Shown one piece after another: positions 52,789-62,761 of a DNA stretch of 64,000 nucleotides. Both the position numbers and the translations under genes were made by a program. Below the pieces are notes generated by a model. That model had not been told where the DNA came from, did not search any database, and saw nothing but the letters and a program-made list of their open reading frames with translations. Position 1 is the stretch's first letter. Each line of letters begins with the position of its first letter. Where the stretch lies: assembly GCA_964535555.1 (NCBI GenBank), contig CAZHUS010000019.1:18555-82554 (forward strand), read 5' to 3'. Source of the stretch: an uncultured Verrucomicrobiota bacterium (GTDB lineage: Bacteria > Verrucomicrobiota > Verrucomicrobiia > Limisphaerales > J093).

Positions 52789-54313
52789 CGTCATCCGGGC
52801 CGCCTCGGGAAAGCGTTCCACCGCCGCACCGGCCTCGGCCCCGGCCAGTGCGCTGGCGCCTTCTGTGACGCTGCCCTTGCGCTTCGTGCTCACGGGAACC
52901 GCGTGCCTGCTCGCGGGGACGATCCTCCTTGTCGTCAGGCCGGACATCCTCGCCGGCTACCACTACAACCAGTACGTGGTGGCCGCGACGCATCTGTTCG
53001 TGCTGGGTTTCATCGGCTCGATCGTGATGGGAGCGATGTACCAACTCGTGCCGGTCGCGCTCGAGGCGCGCTTGCACAGCGAGCGGCTCGCCCGGTGGCA
53101 GTTCGCGTTCCACGTCGTCGGTTTCGCCGGCATGGTATGGATGTTCTGGAGGTGGGATCTCAAGCAGGTCGGACATTTCGGGTCCGCATTCGGTTTCGGA
53201 GTTGGCCTCTTCGTCTACAACATCGTGCGGACCTTGCGACGTGTTCCCCGGTGGAATGTCGTCGCGACGGGGATCAGCTCGGCCCTGGTCTGGCTTTCGG
53301 TGGGGGTTCTGGCCGGACTCCTCGTCGCCGCGGGCAAGTGCACATACGACTCGACCGAGACGCTCGACCGGTCGAACCCGCTGTGGGCGGCGTTGAAGGG
53401 GTTGCAGGCCGCAGCGGGCTGGGTGAACCGCTTCGATCCGCTCGGCGTGATGCACGCCCACGCGCATGTCGGCGTCGTCGGGTTCTTCGTGATGATGATC
53501 GTGGCGGTGTCCTACAAGCTCGTGCCCATGTTCACGCTGGGCGAACTGCAGAGCGATTGCCGCGCGCGGTGGTCGATCCGGCTGCTGAACGTCGGGTTGG
53601 CGGGGCTGTTTCTCGCGCTGGTGCTGCACAGTGCGTTGAAACTGCTCGCGGCGCTCGTTCTCGTCTCGGGGATCGCCGTCTACTTCGTCGAGATCACGGC
53701 CATTTTTCGGGCGCGCCGGCGCCGGGTGATCGACTGGGGTTTGCGCCATTTCATCACGGCGCTCGGCGTGTTGGGAGTGGTGTCGGGGCTGGGTTTGTTC
53801 CTGAGCTGGCCCGGGCTGCCGGTGACGATGTTCACGGCGCAACTGGAAACCGTGTACGGCTGGCTGGGCATTGTCGGTGTGGTCTCGTTCACCATCCTTG
53901 GATTCCTGTACAAGATCGTCCCGTTCATCGTGTGGTTTCGGCGCTACAGTCCTCTCGTCGGCCGCACCCAGGTTCCCGCGCTGGCCGAGTTGTACTCGGA
54001 ACGTCTCCAGGTCATCGGGTACTGGGGCTTTCTAGCCGGGCTGCTCCTTTCCAGTGTGGGAGCCGCGCTGGGAAACCCCGAGGTCGTCCGCGCCGGAGCG
54101 GCGACATTGCTGGCCGGCCTCGCTGTTTTCGGCGCCAACCTCGCCAGGATGCTGCGTCACCTCTGGCGGCGGCAACCCGTCCCGATCGTCCCGGAAGGCA
54201 CCACCCTGCAACGCTCTCCCCATGAACCGCCAGCAGCGAGGGCGGACACTCCGTTGCCCGCCGGATCAACCGCATCCGGAGCGCCACGGACGGCGCGCCC
54301 TACCTCTCCATGA
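52754..54313 (+). CDS. Polytopic membrane protein (about 12 TM), possibly heme-copper-oxidase-subunit-I/NnrS-like. Function unknown.
   Basis: A motif recurs three times: HLFVLGFIGSIVMGAMYQLVPV, HAHVGVVGFFVMMIVAVSYKLVPMF and LGIVGVVSFTILGFLYKIVPF. ATG 52754 overlaps DUF2249 by 35 nt. The last roughly 25 codons are repeat-derived. Confidence 0.7.
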   Translation: MEALSPTFAAPDVIRAASGKRSTAAPASAPASALAPSVTLPLRFVLTGTACLLAGTILLVVRPDILAGYHYNQYVVAATHLFVLGFIGSIVMGAMYQLVPVALEARLHSERLARWQFAFHVVGFAGMVWMFWRWDLKQVGHFGSAFGFGVGLFVYNIVRTLRRVPRWNVVATGISSALVWLSVGVLAGLLVAAGKCTYDSTETLDRSNPLWAALKGLQAAAGWVNRFDPLGVMHAHAHVGVVGFFVMMIVAVSYKLVPMFTLGELQSDCRARWSIRLLNVGLAGLFLALVLHSALKLLAALVLVSGIAVYFVEITAIFRARRRRVIDWGLRHFITALGVLGVVSGLGLFLSWPGLPVTMFTAQLETVYGWLGIVGVVSFTILGFLYKIVPFIVWFRRYSPLVGRTQVPALAELYSERLQVIGYWGFLAGLLLSSVGAALGNPEVVRAGAATLLAGLAVFGANLARMLRHLWRRQPVPIVPEGTTLQRSPHEPPAARADTPLPAGSTASGAPRTARPTSP

Positions 54314-54477
54314 ACCTGCCCCCAAAAAGCGGGGATGAATCCCCGCACTCCAGGCGCTTTGCGGCCCCGGACGTGCCTTGGAGCGGCGCGAAGCGTTTGG
54401 AGTGCGTCCGCTTTAGCGGCGCTTTTTGGTTCATGGTCACGGAGCCGGTCCGCAAGGAACAGGTGGCTCTCCATGAA
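54238..54477. repeat. Repeat cluster: degenerate REP doublet (54238-54307) plus the 126-bp palindrome module and linker (54309-54477)
   Basis: Matches the modules at 7657-7908. Begins inside the 3' end of the membrane-protein ORF. Confidence 0.75.
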
Positions 54478-54501
54478 TGACACTCTCCTCAACCGACCAG
54501 C

Positions 54502-54807
54502 ATGAACACCGTCACGACGACTGCCGTTGAATCGGCCTTGCGCCAGGTCCAGGACCCGGAGCTGGGCTGCAATCTCGTCGACCTCGGCTTGATCTACAGC
54601 GCCGAGATCGAGGAGGACCAGGTGTACGTTCGGATGACGCTTACCACCATGGGCTGTCCCATGCACGAAAGCCTCGTCGAGGGCGTCCGCACCGCGCTGT
54701 TGAATCTGGAGGGCGTCCGCCATGCCGACGTGGAGGTGGTTTGGGATCCGCCCTGGACCCCTTCGATGATGACCCCCGCCGGGCGCGCCCTGGTCGGGAT
54801 GGCTTGA
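54502..54807 (+). CDS. DUF59/MIP18-family (SufT/PaaD-like) metal-sulfur cluster assembly factor
   Basis: VQDPELGCNLVDLGLIY...VRMTLTTMGCPM is the DUF59 signature. Confidence 0.85.
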   Translation: MNTVTTTAVESALRQVQDPELGCNLVDLGLIYSAEIEEDQVYVRMTLTTMGCPMHESLVEGVRTALLNLEGVRHADVEVVWDPPWTPSMMTPAGRALVGMA

Positions 54808-54887
54808 CCCGCGTCCGCGGCGGTCGGGCGCAGCGAGTGGCGACCCACCCATTTGTGAGTACATTGGCGCCGAATACTTGGCGTCAT

Positions 54888-57203
54888 ATGCACTTACAGC
54901 CTTCCTCCCGTGCGAGCGTTCGCACGTGGATCGCCTCCGGCAGCATCTTGGGCTTCTGCGCGGGGCTCCTTGCCTCCGAAGTCGCGGGGCTTCCCCTGGT
55001 GAGCGAGGTGGAGGCGCAGCCGCTGATTGCCCAAAGCCGGCGGTTGGTGGAGGCGGCCGCGTTCACGGGATCACCGTTTCCCGCCACCGACCTCGAGGCG
55101 CTCGAGGCTGCCTACCGGCTGAGTGACGATCGCGAGGCCGTGGCCGGCATCCAGCGCATCCTGGATGCCCATTGCCTGGCGGCGGTTCAGATCAACCCCG
55201 AGTCGCGCGTCAAGGTGGCCCGCGGGCCGGCGGCGGCCGAGTTGGTGGAACGCGGCTGGCGGCAGTTCCTCATCAAGGTCCACAACGAGGCGGGCGTGAC
55301 CGCGGCTCTGCGGGTGGAGAGCCCCAACGCCGGCGAGGTGTATCGCCGCGAAGATCAACCGCGCGCCTTGGGAGCGAATCGGGATCTGTGGCTGGAAGCG
55401 ACAATGTTCAACCACCAGCCGCTGCAGCCCACACTCAGCGGCCTTCCCGTCGAGTACCGGATCCTCCAGCTCTTCAGTCGCGATCGTGGCAGGCGGGAGG
55501 CGCGGCTGTCCTTCAACGTGGGCCAGGGCACGCAGGACCTCGGCTTCCGCAACGAGGTGGACCTGCTGTTCGAGTGCCGCCCGGCCAGCGAAGTGACCTT
55601 TCAAGTCCGGGACGAGCTCGGCCGTCCCACCACCGCCGGCTTTGTCATCCGGGACACCGCGGGAAGGGTCTATCCTTCGCAGGCCAAGCGGTTGGCACCC
55701 GACTTCGGATTCCACCCGCAGATCTACCGCGCCGACGGGGAGACGGAGCGACTGCCTCCGGGCGAGTACCGGGTGGAGTACGGCCGCGGACCGGAATACC
55801 TGCGCCAAGCGGGCACGTTTCGTGTGAGCGGAGAGGACGCGCGTTGGGAATTCGGGCTGGAGCGCTGGATTGACCCCGCGCAGCGCGGCTGGTGGTCCGG
55901 TGATCACCACATCCACGCCGCCGGTTGTGCCCATTACGCGCGTCCCACCGAGGGCGTTCACGCGGCGGACATGATGCGTCATTGCCTCGGGGAGGACTTG
56001 AAGGTCGGCTGCAATCTGACGTGGGGTCCGTGCTTCGATTACCAGAAGCAGTTTTTCACGGGCGAGGACGACAAGGTCTCCCAGGCACCCTACCTCCTCC
56101 ATTACGACGTCGAGGTCTCCGGGTTTGGGTCCCATGAATCCGGTCACCTCTGCCTCCTGCGACTCAAGGAGCAGATCTACCCGGGCGGCGAATCGAAGCG
56201 GCACTGGCCAACCCTCGGCCTGAACACCCTGCGCTGGGCAAAGCGGCAGGGTGCCGTGTGTGGTCCGGCGCACTCGGGTTGGGGACTGGAAGTCCGGACG
56301 GCGGAGCTTCCGAACCACGAGATCCCGCCGTTTGATGGGATCGGCGCGAACGAGTACATCGTCGACGTCACGCACACCGTGGAGGGGCCGGAGGGTACGC
56401 CGGTTCCCGCCGTGGATTTCCTGTCCATGGTCGACACGCCTCACGTTTGGGAACTGAACATCTGGTACCACACCCTGAACGTCGGCTATCGCACCCGGAT
56501 CAGCGGCGAGACCGACTTCCCCTGTATCTACGGCGAACGCGTCGGCCTCGGCCGGTCGTACGTGAAACTCGATGGGCCCGTAGTCTATGGGGACTGGTGC
56601 GAGGGGATCCGCCGCGGGCGTAATTACGTCGGGGACGGCAAGAGCCACCTGATGGACTTCCGAGTCAATGGGGCGGCGATGGGCGAGGGTGACAGCGAGG
56701 TGCGTCTCGCCAGGGCGGGAACCGTTCGCGTCCGACTGGACGCTGCGGCCTGGCTCGATCCCGAGCCGCGCGTGGACGGGCGGGCGCAGCCGTATGCCGA
56801 CAAGCGCGTCCTGCCTTACTGGGATCTCGAGCGGGCGCGCCTGCCTCGCACGCGGAAAGTCCCGGTGGAGGTGGTGGTCAATGGCCGTCCGGTCGCCAGC
56901 GAGGAACTCACGGCCGACGGCCAGCTCCGCGAGCTGACGTTCGACGTCCCCATTCAGCGCAGCAGCTGGGTCGCGGTACGGGTGTTGCCCTCGTCCCACA
57001 CCAATCCCATTTGGGTCCTGGTTGCGGACCAACCCGTGCGCGCCTCGCGTCGAAGCGCGTCCTGGTGCCTGGCCGGCGTGGATCAATGCTGGCGCCAGAA
57101 GCAGCGCGCGATCAAAGCCGCGGAGATGGCCGACGCCGAGGCGGCCTACGAACACGCGCGGGCCAGCTACCGGCGCCTGCTGGCGGAATGCGACCGCGAT
57201 TGA
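54888..57203 (+). CDS. Secreted CehA/McbA-family (PHP-like) metallohydrolase
   Basis: Signal peptide, then WWSGDHHIHAAGCAHY and EVSGFGSHESGH histidine clusters. ATG 54888 is used. Confidence 0.75.
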   Translation: MHLQPSSRASVRTWIASGSILGFCAGLLASEVAGLPLVSEVEAQPLIAQSRRLVEAAAFTGSPFPATDLEALEAAYRLSDDREAVAGIQRILDAHCLAAVQINPESRVKVARGPAAAELVERGWRQFLIKVHNEAGVTAALRVESPNAGEVYRREDQPRALGANRDLWLEATMFNHQPLQPTLSGLPVEYRILQLFSRDRGRREARLSFNVGQGTQDLGFRNEVDLLFECRPASEVTFQVRDELGRPTTAGFVIRDTAGRVYPSQAKRLAPDFGFHPQIYRADGETERLPPGEYRVEYGRGPEYLRQAGTFRVSGEDARWEFGLERWIDPAQRGWWSGDHHIHAAGCAHYARPTEGVHAADMMRHCLGEDLKVGCNLTWGPCFDYQKQFFTGEDDKVSQAPYLLHYDVEVSGFGSHESGHLCLLRLKEQIYPGGESKRHWPTLGLNTLRWAKRQGAVCGPAHSGWGLEVRTAELPNHEIPPFDGIGANEYIVDVTHTVEGPEGTPVPAVDFLSMVDTPHVWELNIWYHTLNVGYRTRISGETDFPCIYGERVGLGRSYVKLDGPVVYGDWCEGIRRGRNYVGDGKSHLMDFRVNGAAMGEGDSEVRLARAGTVRVRLDAAAWLDPEPRVDGRAQPYADKRVLPYWDLERARLPRTRKVPVEVVVNGRPVASEELTADGQLRELTFDVPIQRSSWVAVRVLPSSHTNPIWVLVADQPVRASRRSASWCLAGVDQCWRQKQRAIKAAEMADAEAAYEHARASYRRLLAECDRD

Positions 57204-57956
57204 TCAGAGATTCAACCGACCTTGCCGGTACGCCTCGTCGGGTCGCGCGGAAATCCGTTCGACGTGCGGCGGGAGCAGGAACGTAGGCCCTCCCATGGCG
57301 GCGGCTCCCGCGAAGATGGCGGCCGCTTTGTCCGCCATGAGCAGGCACGCCAGCACCGCCTGGGGCGAGTTGCCGAGCGCGATGACGCCGTGGTTCTGCA
57401 GCACGATCAGCTTGGGAACCCGGTCGTGGTCCCGCAGGTAATCCTTGGTCCGCTCCCGGATCTGCCACGCCAGCGGCAGCCCGGGATCCGCGTAAGGAAC
57501 GTACACGGACGCTGGGCCGCAAAACACGATCTCATCCGGGAACATGCGGTGTTCGGCGAAGTCCCGGGCCCGCGGGGAGCAAAGGATCTGGTTGGCCCGG
57601 AGGGGGTGGCAATGGCCGACAAAGCCCACGCCGTCCAGCGTCAGCAACCAGGCGTGAAACGCCGCCTCGAGGCTGGGCTTCGGTCCTTCCGGGTTGATGC
57701 GTGACTCGCGGAGCGCCTTCTCGACCTCGGCATCCGGCAGGCTCTTGCGGTCCAGCAAGGCCAGCAGGCGGGCGGTGTCGCACACGGTGACCTCCGACTC
57801 CTTCAGGTCCGCCAGCCGGGCGCCGCTGGCCTTGACCGCGAACTGGGTCGGGCTGAGCCGTACCGAGGTGTTGCCCTCGCCGAGGATGGCGAGTTGCCGG
57901 TCCTCACGGCCGATTTGGTGCGAGAGTTCCAGCAGGTCAGCGATGTCGGACGGCAT
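57204..57956 (-). CDS. Class II aldolase/adducin-family protein
   Basis: LGEGNTSVRL, GHCHP and VLQNHGVIALG. Confidence 0.8.
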   Translation of the reverse strand: MPSDIADLLELSHQIGREDRQLAILGEGNTSVRLSPTQFAVKASGARLADLKESEVTVCDTARLLALLDRKSLPDAEVEKALRESRINPEGPKPSLEAAFHAWLLTLDGVGFVGHCHPLRANQILCSPRARDFAEHRMFPDEIVFCGPASVYVPYADPGLPLAWQIRERTKDYLRDHDRVPKLIVLQNHGVIALGNSPQAVLACLLMADKAAAIFAGAAAMGGPTFLLPPHVERISARPDEAYRQGRLNL

Positions 57957-57960
57957 GATT

Positions 57961-58377
57961 TCAGGGCAGTTTCGGAGCCCGCACCGGCAGCGGATCGGCC
58001 TTGCGATACGCCAGCCCCTGGAACAGGGCGACCAGGTCGCCGGCGTCGTCCCGCACCTCGACGGTGTAATTGCCGAGCTTCGGATTCCGCGAGACCTCGC
58101 GCGCCACCGCGGTCAGCGTGCCGCTCCGGGCGGCCTTCATGATTGTGACATTGGCATTGATGGCCACGGCCACGGTGCCATGCGAGTTGGAGGCCAGCGC
58201 GAACGCGAAGTCAGCCAGGGTGAAAATCGCGCCACCGTGCGCGATGTCGAGTCCGTTGAGGTGACAAGGCTGAAGGACCATGCGCGCCTGGGCGTAGCCC
58301 GGCGAGACTTCGACCAGTTCGATGCCGCTGTGGGCGGCGTAACGGTCGCCCTGGAAGAAGGCCTTGATGTTGTCCAT
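57961..58377 (-). CDS. PaaI-family hotdog thioesterase
   Basis: HLNGLDIAHGGAIFTLADFAFA is a typical PaaI/4HBT motif. Confidence 0.85.
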   Translation of the reverse strand: MDNIKAFFQGDRYAAHSGIELVEVSPGYAQARMVLQPCHLNGLDIAHGGAIFTLADFAFALASNSHGTVAVAINANVTIMKAARSGTLTAVAREVSRNPKLGNYTVEVRDDAGDLVALFQGLAYRKADPLPVRAPKLP

Positions 58378-58394
58378 GGCCGGCGGGATCGAGG

Positions 58395-60464
58395 TTAGCT
58401 GAGGAGGCGCCTGGCGGCTTCGACCAGTTTGGCCGTGGTGAGCCCATGCTTCTCATACAGCTGCTCCGCCACGTATGCCGACTGGCCGAACTCGCCTTCG
58501 ATGCCCAGCGACACGGCGCGATGCGGGATGCCGGCGCGGGCCAGGGCGTGGGAGAGTTGCGCGCCCATGCCGCCGGTTACCTGGTGGTCTTCGATCGTGA
58601 CGAGGCGTCCACCGCAGTCGCGCACGGCGCCTCCAATCGTCGCCACGTCCGGCCGGTTGATGAAGGGACTGTTGACCACGGTCGCCTTCACGCCCTGGGA
58701 GGCCAGCGCGGCGCCCGCCTCGATGACCTTGCCGGTAAGGGTGCCACAGCCGACCAGCACGACATCCGTTCCCTCGGCAAGCACCTGGGCCTTACCCCAC
58801 GCGTAACTCGCCGTGCCACTCCAGGCGACGGGGTAGTTCTCGCGGCCGACGAAGAACACCACCGATTCCCCGTCCTCGCCGCGAGCCCGCGCCTCGGCAA
58901 TGCGCCGGGCGGCTTCGAACATGAAGGCCTCGGCCTCATCGGCGCACGACGGCGCGACGACCACGGTATGCGGAATCGCGCTCAGGGCCGCAAAGTACGT
59001 GGTGGCCTGGTGGGAAGCGCCGTCCGCCGCGTCCTGCAAGCCGACATGCGAGAAGATCGCGATCACCGGCGCTTGGGAGAGCGCAGCCATGGTCAACGGA
59101 AGGTTGCCCTTGGTCACGCCGAACTGGGCGAACGTGTCCACGATCGGGATGAACCCGAGCTTCGAAAGCCCCGCGGCGGTGCTGACCATGTTGGCTTCCG
59201 CAACTCCGACCTCGATCCAACGGTCCGGGAAGCTCTTCTGGAAAGTGCTGATCCCGGTCGAACCCTGAACGTCGCACGACACGGAGAACACCGGGTGTCC
59301 GGCCTGGGCCGCCCGGATCGCGCCCTTGGCGAGACCGCTCTGGACCTTGTCCTTCTTCAAGGGGACCGCTGTCGGCGCCGCTGCGTTCGCCGCCTTGGCC
59401 TTCTTGGCAGCCTCCTTCGTTTCCCACTCCGCGCGCAGAGCCTTCGCCCAGTCCAGGAACTCCGCGGGCGGGTTTCCCCCGTAGATCTCGCTGACGAACT
59501 CCACCGCCTTCTCACCGTTTCCCAACGGGAAGCCGTGTCCACCCGAGGCACTTTCCTCGGTCGCCTTCACCCCGAACCCCTTCACGGTCCTGCACCGCAC
59601 ACAGACGGGCTGCTTCGGATTGCTCCGCGCCAGGGCCAGCGCCGACTCGAGCGCCTGGTAGACCGCTTGCAGATCGTGGCCGTTCCCAACTTCGATCACC
59701 TTCCAGCCAAGCGCGCCCATGGCCGCAAACGTGGGCGCCATGCTGAAAGCGTCCTTGCTGATCCGGCCGGACAGCTTTGTGTCGTTGTCGGAGATCAGGA
59801 GCACAAAGGGGTTCATCCGGCCCTTGGCTGCCAGCCCCGGAATCGCCGCGAAAGCCTCCTTGGCCTCGCCCTCCATGGAGGCGCCGTCGGAGACGACCGC
59901 GATGGTCACGCGGATGTTTCCGACCAGGCGGTCCGCGACGGCCAGACCCTGGGCTTGAGGCAGCGCCGAACCCAGGGGGCCGTTGCTCAACAGGACGCCT
60001 TCCGGGTTGAGATGCGATTCGCCGTGGCCGGTGAGCTTGCTCTCGATGCTGCGGAAGCCCTTCAGCGACTCAAACGTCAGCCCGTCAAAACCGTAGTTGG
60101 CGCGCAGGGCGTAGACGCCATTCTCCGCGTGGCCGGCGTCGTTGACGTAGTTGTAGGCCTCGTGCCATTCGCGGTCCGTCGTCGAGAACATCAGGCCGTG
60201 AATGGCGGCGTTCATTTCAGCAAACGCCGCCGGCCCGCCCCAGTGACAAGCCGCACCCCCGTTGACGGCGTGGATGTCCATCAACGCCACGAGCGCCCGG
60301 GTGGCGCGCGGATCGGCCAGGACCACATCCGTGCCATCCTGGCTCTTGATGGTTACGGCGTATCGGGGTTGTTGACGCGGTGCCCGGGCCAGGCGGGACT
60401 TGAGCTTCAGGGGAGTCAGGGGAGGCGCCTCGACGGGTTTCACCGCGGATTTGTCTTCAGCCAT
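58395..60464 (-). CDS. Transketolase-family ThDP enzyme (single-chain, atypical N-terminus)
   Basis: VSDGASMEGEAKEAF (GDG..EG-like ThDP motif), a pyrimidine-binding middle domain and a C-terminal TK domain. Confidence 0.75.
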   Translation of the reverse strand: MAEDKSAVKPVEAPPLTPLKLKSRLARAPRQQPRYAVTIKSQDGTDVVLADPRATRALVALMDIHAVNGGAACHWGGPAAFAEMNAAIHGLMFSTTDREWHEAYNYVNDAGHAENGVYALRANYGFDGLTFESLKGFRSIESKLTGHGESHLNPEGVLLSNGPLGSALPQAQGLAVADRLVGNIRVTIAVVSDGASMEGEAKEAFAAIPGLAAKGRMNPFVLLISDNDTKLSGRISKDAFSMAPTFAAMGALGWKVIEVGNGHDLQAVYQALESALALARSNPKQPVCVRCRTVKGFGVKATEESASGGHGFPLGNGEKAVEFVSEIYGGNPPAEFLDWAKALRAEWETKEAAKKAKAANAAAPTAVPLKKDKVQSGLAKGAIRAAQAGHPVFSVSCDVQGSTGISTFQKSFPDRWIEVGVAEANMVSTAAGLSKLGFIPIVDTFAQFGVTKGNLPLTMAALSQAPVIAIFSHVGLQDAADGASHQATTYFAALSAIPHTVVVAPSCADEAEAFMFEAARRIAEARARGEDGESVVFFVGRENYPVAWSGTASYAWGKAQVLAEGTDVVLVGCGTLTGKVIEAGAALASQGVKATVVNSPFINRPDVATIGGAVRDCGGRLVTIEDHQVTGGMGAQLSHALARAGIPHRAVSLGIEGEFGQSAYVAEQLYEKHGLTTAKLVEAARRLLS

Positions 60465-60622
60465 AGCGAGTGTGTTTCTAACGCCAAACGGAAGCGCGAG
60501 TCTAAGAAAGAGCCTGAAAAAGGGAAGGTGGATGTAGCGAAGCCTTATCCCACGCGGGAGCAGACACGGGCTTCATTCACCCGAAGGATTCCCCAGGTAT
60601 TCCACACGACACTTGCGGGCGG

Positions 60623-61420
60623 GTGTCGGGAACGACGACACTGCTTGCGCGCGTCCGGTTGAAGAGCTTGTTTCCCATCGTCTTTGAGGATGCAGATTTG
60701 CTCGTGCTGCATAAACCGGCCGGGCTGGTCTGCCATCCCACCAAGGGCGATGCCCTTTCGAGCCTGATCAGCCGCGTCCGGCTCCACCTGGGACCGGAGA
60801 GCACCCCGCAACTGGTGAACCGCCTCGACCGGGAAACCAGCGGTCTCGTGGTTTGCGCTCGCAACCCCGACGCCGCCCGGGCGCTACGGCGGGTCTGGGA
60901 AAGCCGCGCGGTCCGCAAGGTCTACCTGGCGATCGTCCACGGCCGGCCGGAAACCGATGCCGGTGTGATCGAGGCGCCCCTGGGTCGGGACCATGCCAGT
61001 CCGGTAGCCATCAAGGACTGTGTTCGGGCCGACGGGGCGCCTGCCACGACCCAGTGGTCGGTTATCCGAGATTTCCAAAGGAACGAAGGCAGCTTTGCCC
61101 TGCTGCGGGTCGAGCCCCTGACCGGCCGCAAACACCAGATCCGCATTCACCTCGCGCACCTGGGGCACCCGGTAGTCGGGGACAAGATCTACGGTGGCGA
61201 CGAACAGGCCTACCTGGCGTTTGTCGAAGGTCGCCTGACGCCGGAGCAACGACGCCGATTGCTGCTGGTCAACCACGCCCTGCATGCCGCCGAACTGGCG
61301 TTCGAATGGCGGGGACAATGGCGGACCTTCGACTCGCCGCCCGAGGCCGAGTTCGTCGAGTTCCTGGGCCCCCTCGAACCGGGACTGCTCTCACCCCTGC
61401 ACCGAAGCCAGCCCATGTAG
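60623..61420 (+). CDS. RluA-family pseudouridine synthase
   Basis: LLVLHKPAGLVCHP, NRLDRETSGLVV (catalytic Asp) and KHQIRIHLAHLGHPVVGD. GTG start; no S4 domain. Confidence 0.85.
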   Translation: MSGTTTLLARVRLKSLFPIVFEDADLLVLHKPAGLVCHPTKGDALSSLISRVRLHLGPESTPQLVNRLDRETSGLVVCARNPDAARALRRVWESRAVRKVYLAIVHGRPETDAGVIEAPLGRDHASPVAIKDCVRADGAPATTQWSVIRDFQRNEGSFALLRVEPLTGRKHQIRIHLAHLGHPVVGDKIYGGDEQAYLAFVEGRLTPEQRRRLLLVNHALHAAELAFEWRGQWRTFDSPPEAEFVEFLGPLEPGLLSPLHRSQPM

Positions 61421-61712
61421 GCAGGGCGGGCACTCCGTTTGCCGCCGGATCCAGGGGTGGGGTAGGGCGGGCACTCCGCTGCCCGCCGAGCCGGCGCGCC
61501 CTACCTGGAACCATGAACCGCCCGGTGAGGGCACCGGGCCTACAACCTGCAGGCCGAGTCCCCCGCCCCGGCGGGACCCGTTCCTCATATCCGACCAGGT
61601 CAAGGAGATGTGTGAGCTACGCATGAACCGGCTACGAGAAGCGGGGGGGCTGAACCCCCGCACTCCATGCGCTTCGCGACTCCGGACGTGCATGGGAGCG
61701 ACGCGAAGCGTC
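61417..61712. repeat. Repeat cluster: two direct GTAG-REP heads plus a truncated partner (61417-61508), hairpin gcccggtg-aggg-caccgggc (61519-61538), and half of the palindrome module (61622-61712)
   Basis: Matches the REP-b sequence gtagggcgggcactccgctgcccgcc and the left arm of the 126-bp module. Overlaps the rluA stop. Confidence 0.7.
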
Positions 61713-61720
61713 TGGTCTGT

Positions 61721-62761
61721 CTAAAACCGGTCGATCACGACCACACCCGGATTTCGGAACTCCCCCATGCCCTCGAGCTCCGCCGCCGATTCCTCGAGGG
61801 TGACCGTGCGTTGCACCAGACGGCGCGGATCCAGTCGGCCTTGCGCAATCAAGGTCAACAGGGCCGGGTAGGCGTGCGCCGGCATCCCGTGGCTTCCGAG
61901 CAGCTCCAATTCCTTCGCGATTACCAGGTGCATGGGGATCGGCGGATCACGGTGCTCGGCCAGCATCAAGCCCACCTGGACGTGCCGGCCGCGCTTCCGC
62001 AGACACGCAACCGAGTTGCGGCATGTCGGGATACTGCCGAGCGCGTCCAGCGAGAGATGCGCCCCGCCGCGGGTGAGTTCTCGAATCGCGCCGGGGACGT
62101 CTTCCACGCGTCCGGCCTCGAGGACTGCGGCGGCACCGAGCTCTCTCGCCAAGGTGAGAGCCTCGTTCTTCACATCCACCGCCACCACCGCCGCCCCCGA
62201 AGCCACGGCGATCATCACCGCCGCCAGGCCGACTCCGCCACAGCCATGCACCGCCACCCATTCGCCCGGCGCCACCCGGCCCTGGTGAACGACCGCCCGA
62301 AACGAGGTCGCAAACCGGCAACCCAAGCTCGCCGCGCCCACGAAGTCGAGCGGCTCGGCGATTCGGATAAGGTTGGCGTCGGCGTGCGGGAGGGCGACGA
62401 ACTCGGCGAACGCACCCCAAGCCGTGAACCCCGGCTGGAAGTAATCATCGCAGACCTGGGGATCGCCAGTGAGACACTGCGGACAGGTCCCGCAACCCAC
62501 GGCGAACGGAATGGTCACCCGATCACCCGGCCTCCAGCGATGCACGCCGGAACCCACCGTCTCCACAAGCCCGGCCAGCTCGTGTCCGGGGACGTGAGGC
62601 AGACGGACATCCGGGTCATGGCCCCTCCAGCCATGCCAGTCGCTGCGGCAGATCCCGTTGGCATGCACCCGCACCACCACGCCGTCGACGGGCGGCACCG
62701 GATCCGGAACCTGGCAAACCCGTAGCGGACCGCCGAATTGCTCGTAAACGACGGCCTTCAC
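61721..62761 (-). CDS. Zinc-dependent alcohol dehydrogenase (MDR family)
   Basis: [21 protein letters not shown] (structural zinc) and [12 protein letters not shown] start overlaps the AKR stop (GTGA). Confidence 0.88.
   Translation of the reverse strand: MKAVVYEQFGGPLRVCQVPDPVPPVDGVVVRVHANGICRSDWHGWRGHDPDVRLPHVPGHELAGLVETVGSGVHRWRPGDRVTIPFAVGCGTCPQCLTGDPQVCDDYFQPGFTAWGAFAEFVALPHADANLIRIAEPLDFVGAASLGCRFATSFRAVVHQGRVAPGEWVAVHGCGGVGLAAVMIAVASGAAVVAVDVKNEALTLARELGAAAVLEAGRVEDVPGAIRELTRGGAHLSLDALGSIPTCRNSVACLRKRGRHVQVGLMLAEHRDPPIPMHLVIAKELELLGSHGMPAHAYPALLTLIAQGRLDPRRLVQRTVTLEESAAELEGMGEFRNPGVVVIDRF

Noticed and set aside
57201-57206. CehA and the class II aldolase genes end stop-to-stop with zero spacer (tga|tca). 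TSUP and hscB are likewise separated by 6 nt.
   Set aside because: This is real but common in compact genomes. It is noted only as an absence of room for intergenic terminators.
61454-61471. G-quadruplex-type run GGGGTGGGGTAGGGCGGG at a REP junction.
   Set aside because: Four-G-run motifs are expected frequently by chance in DNA this GC-rich. There is no supporting context.
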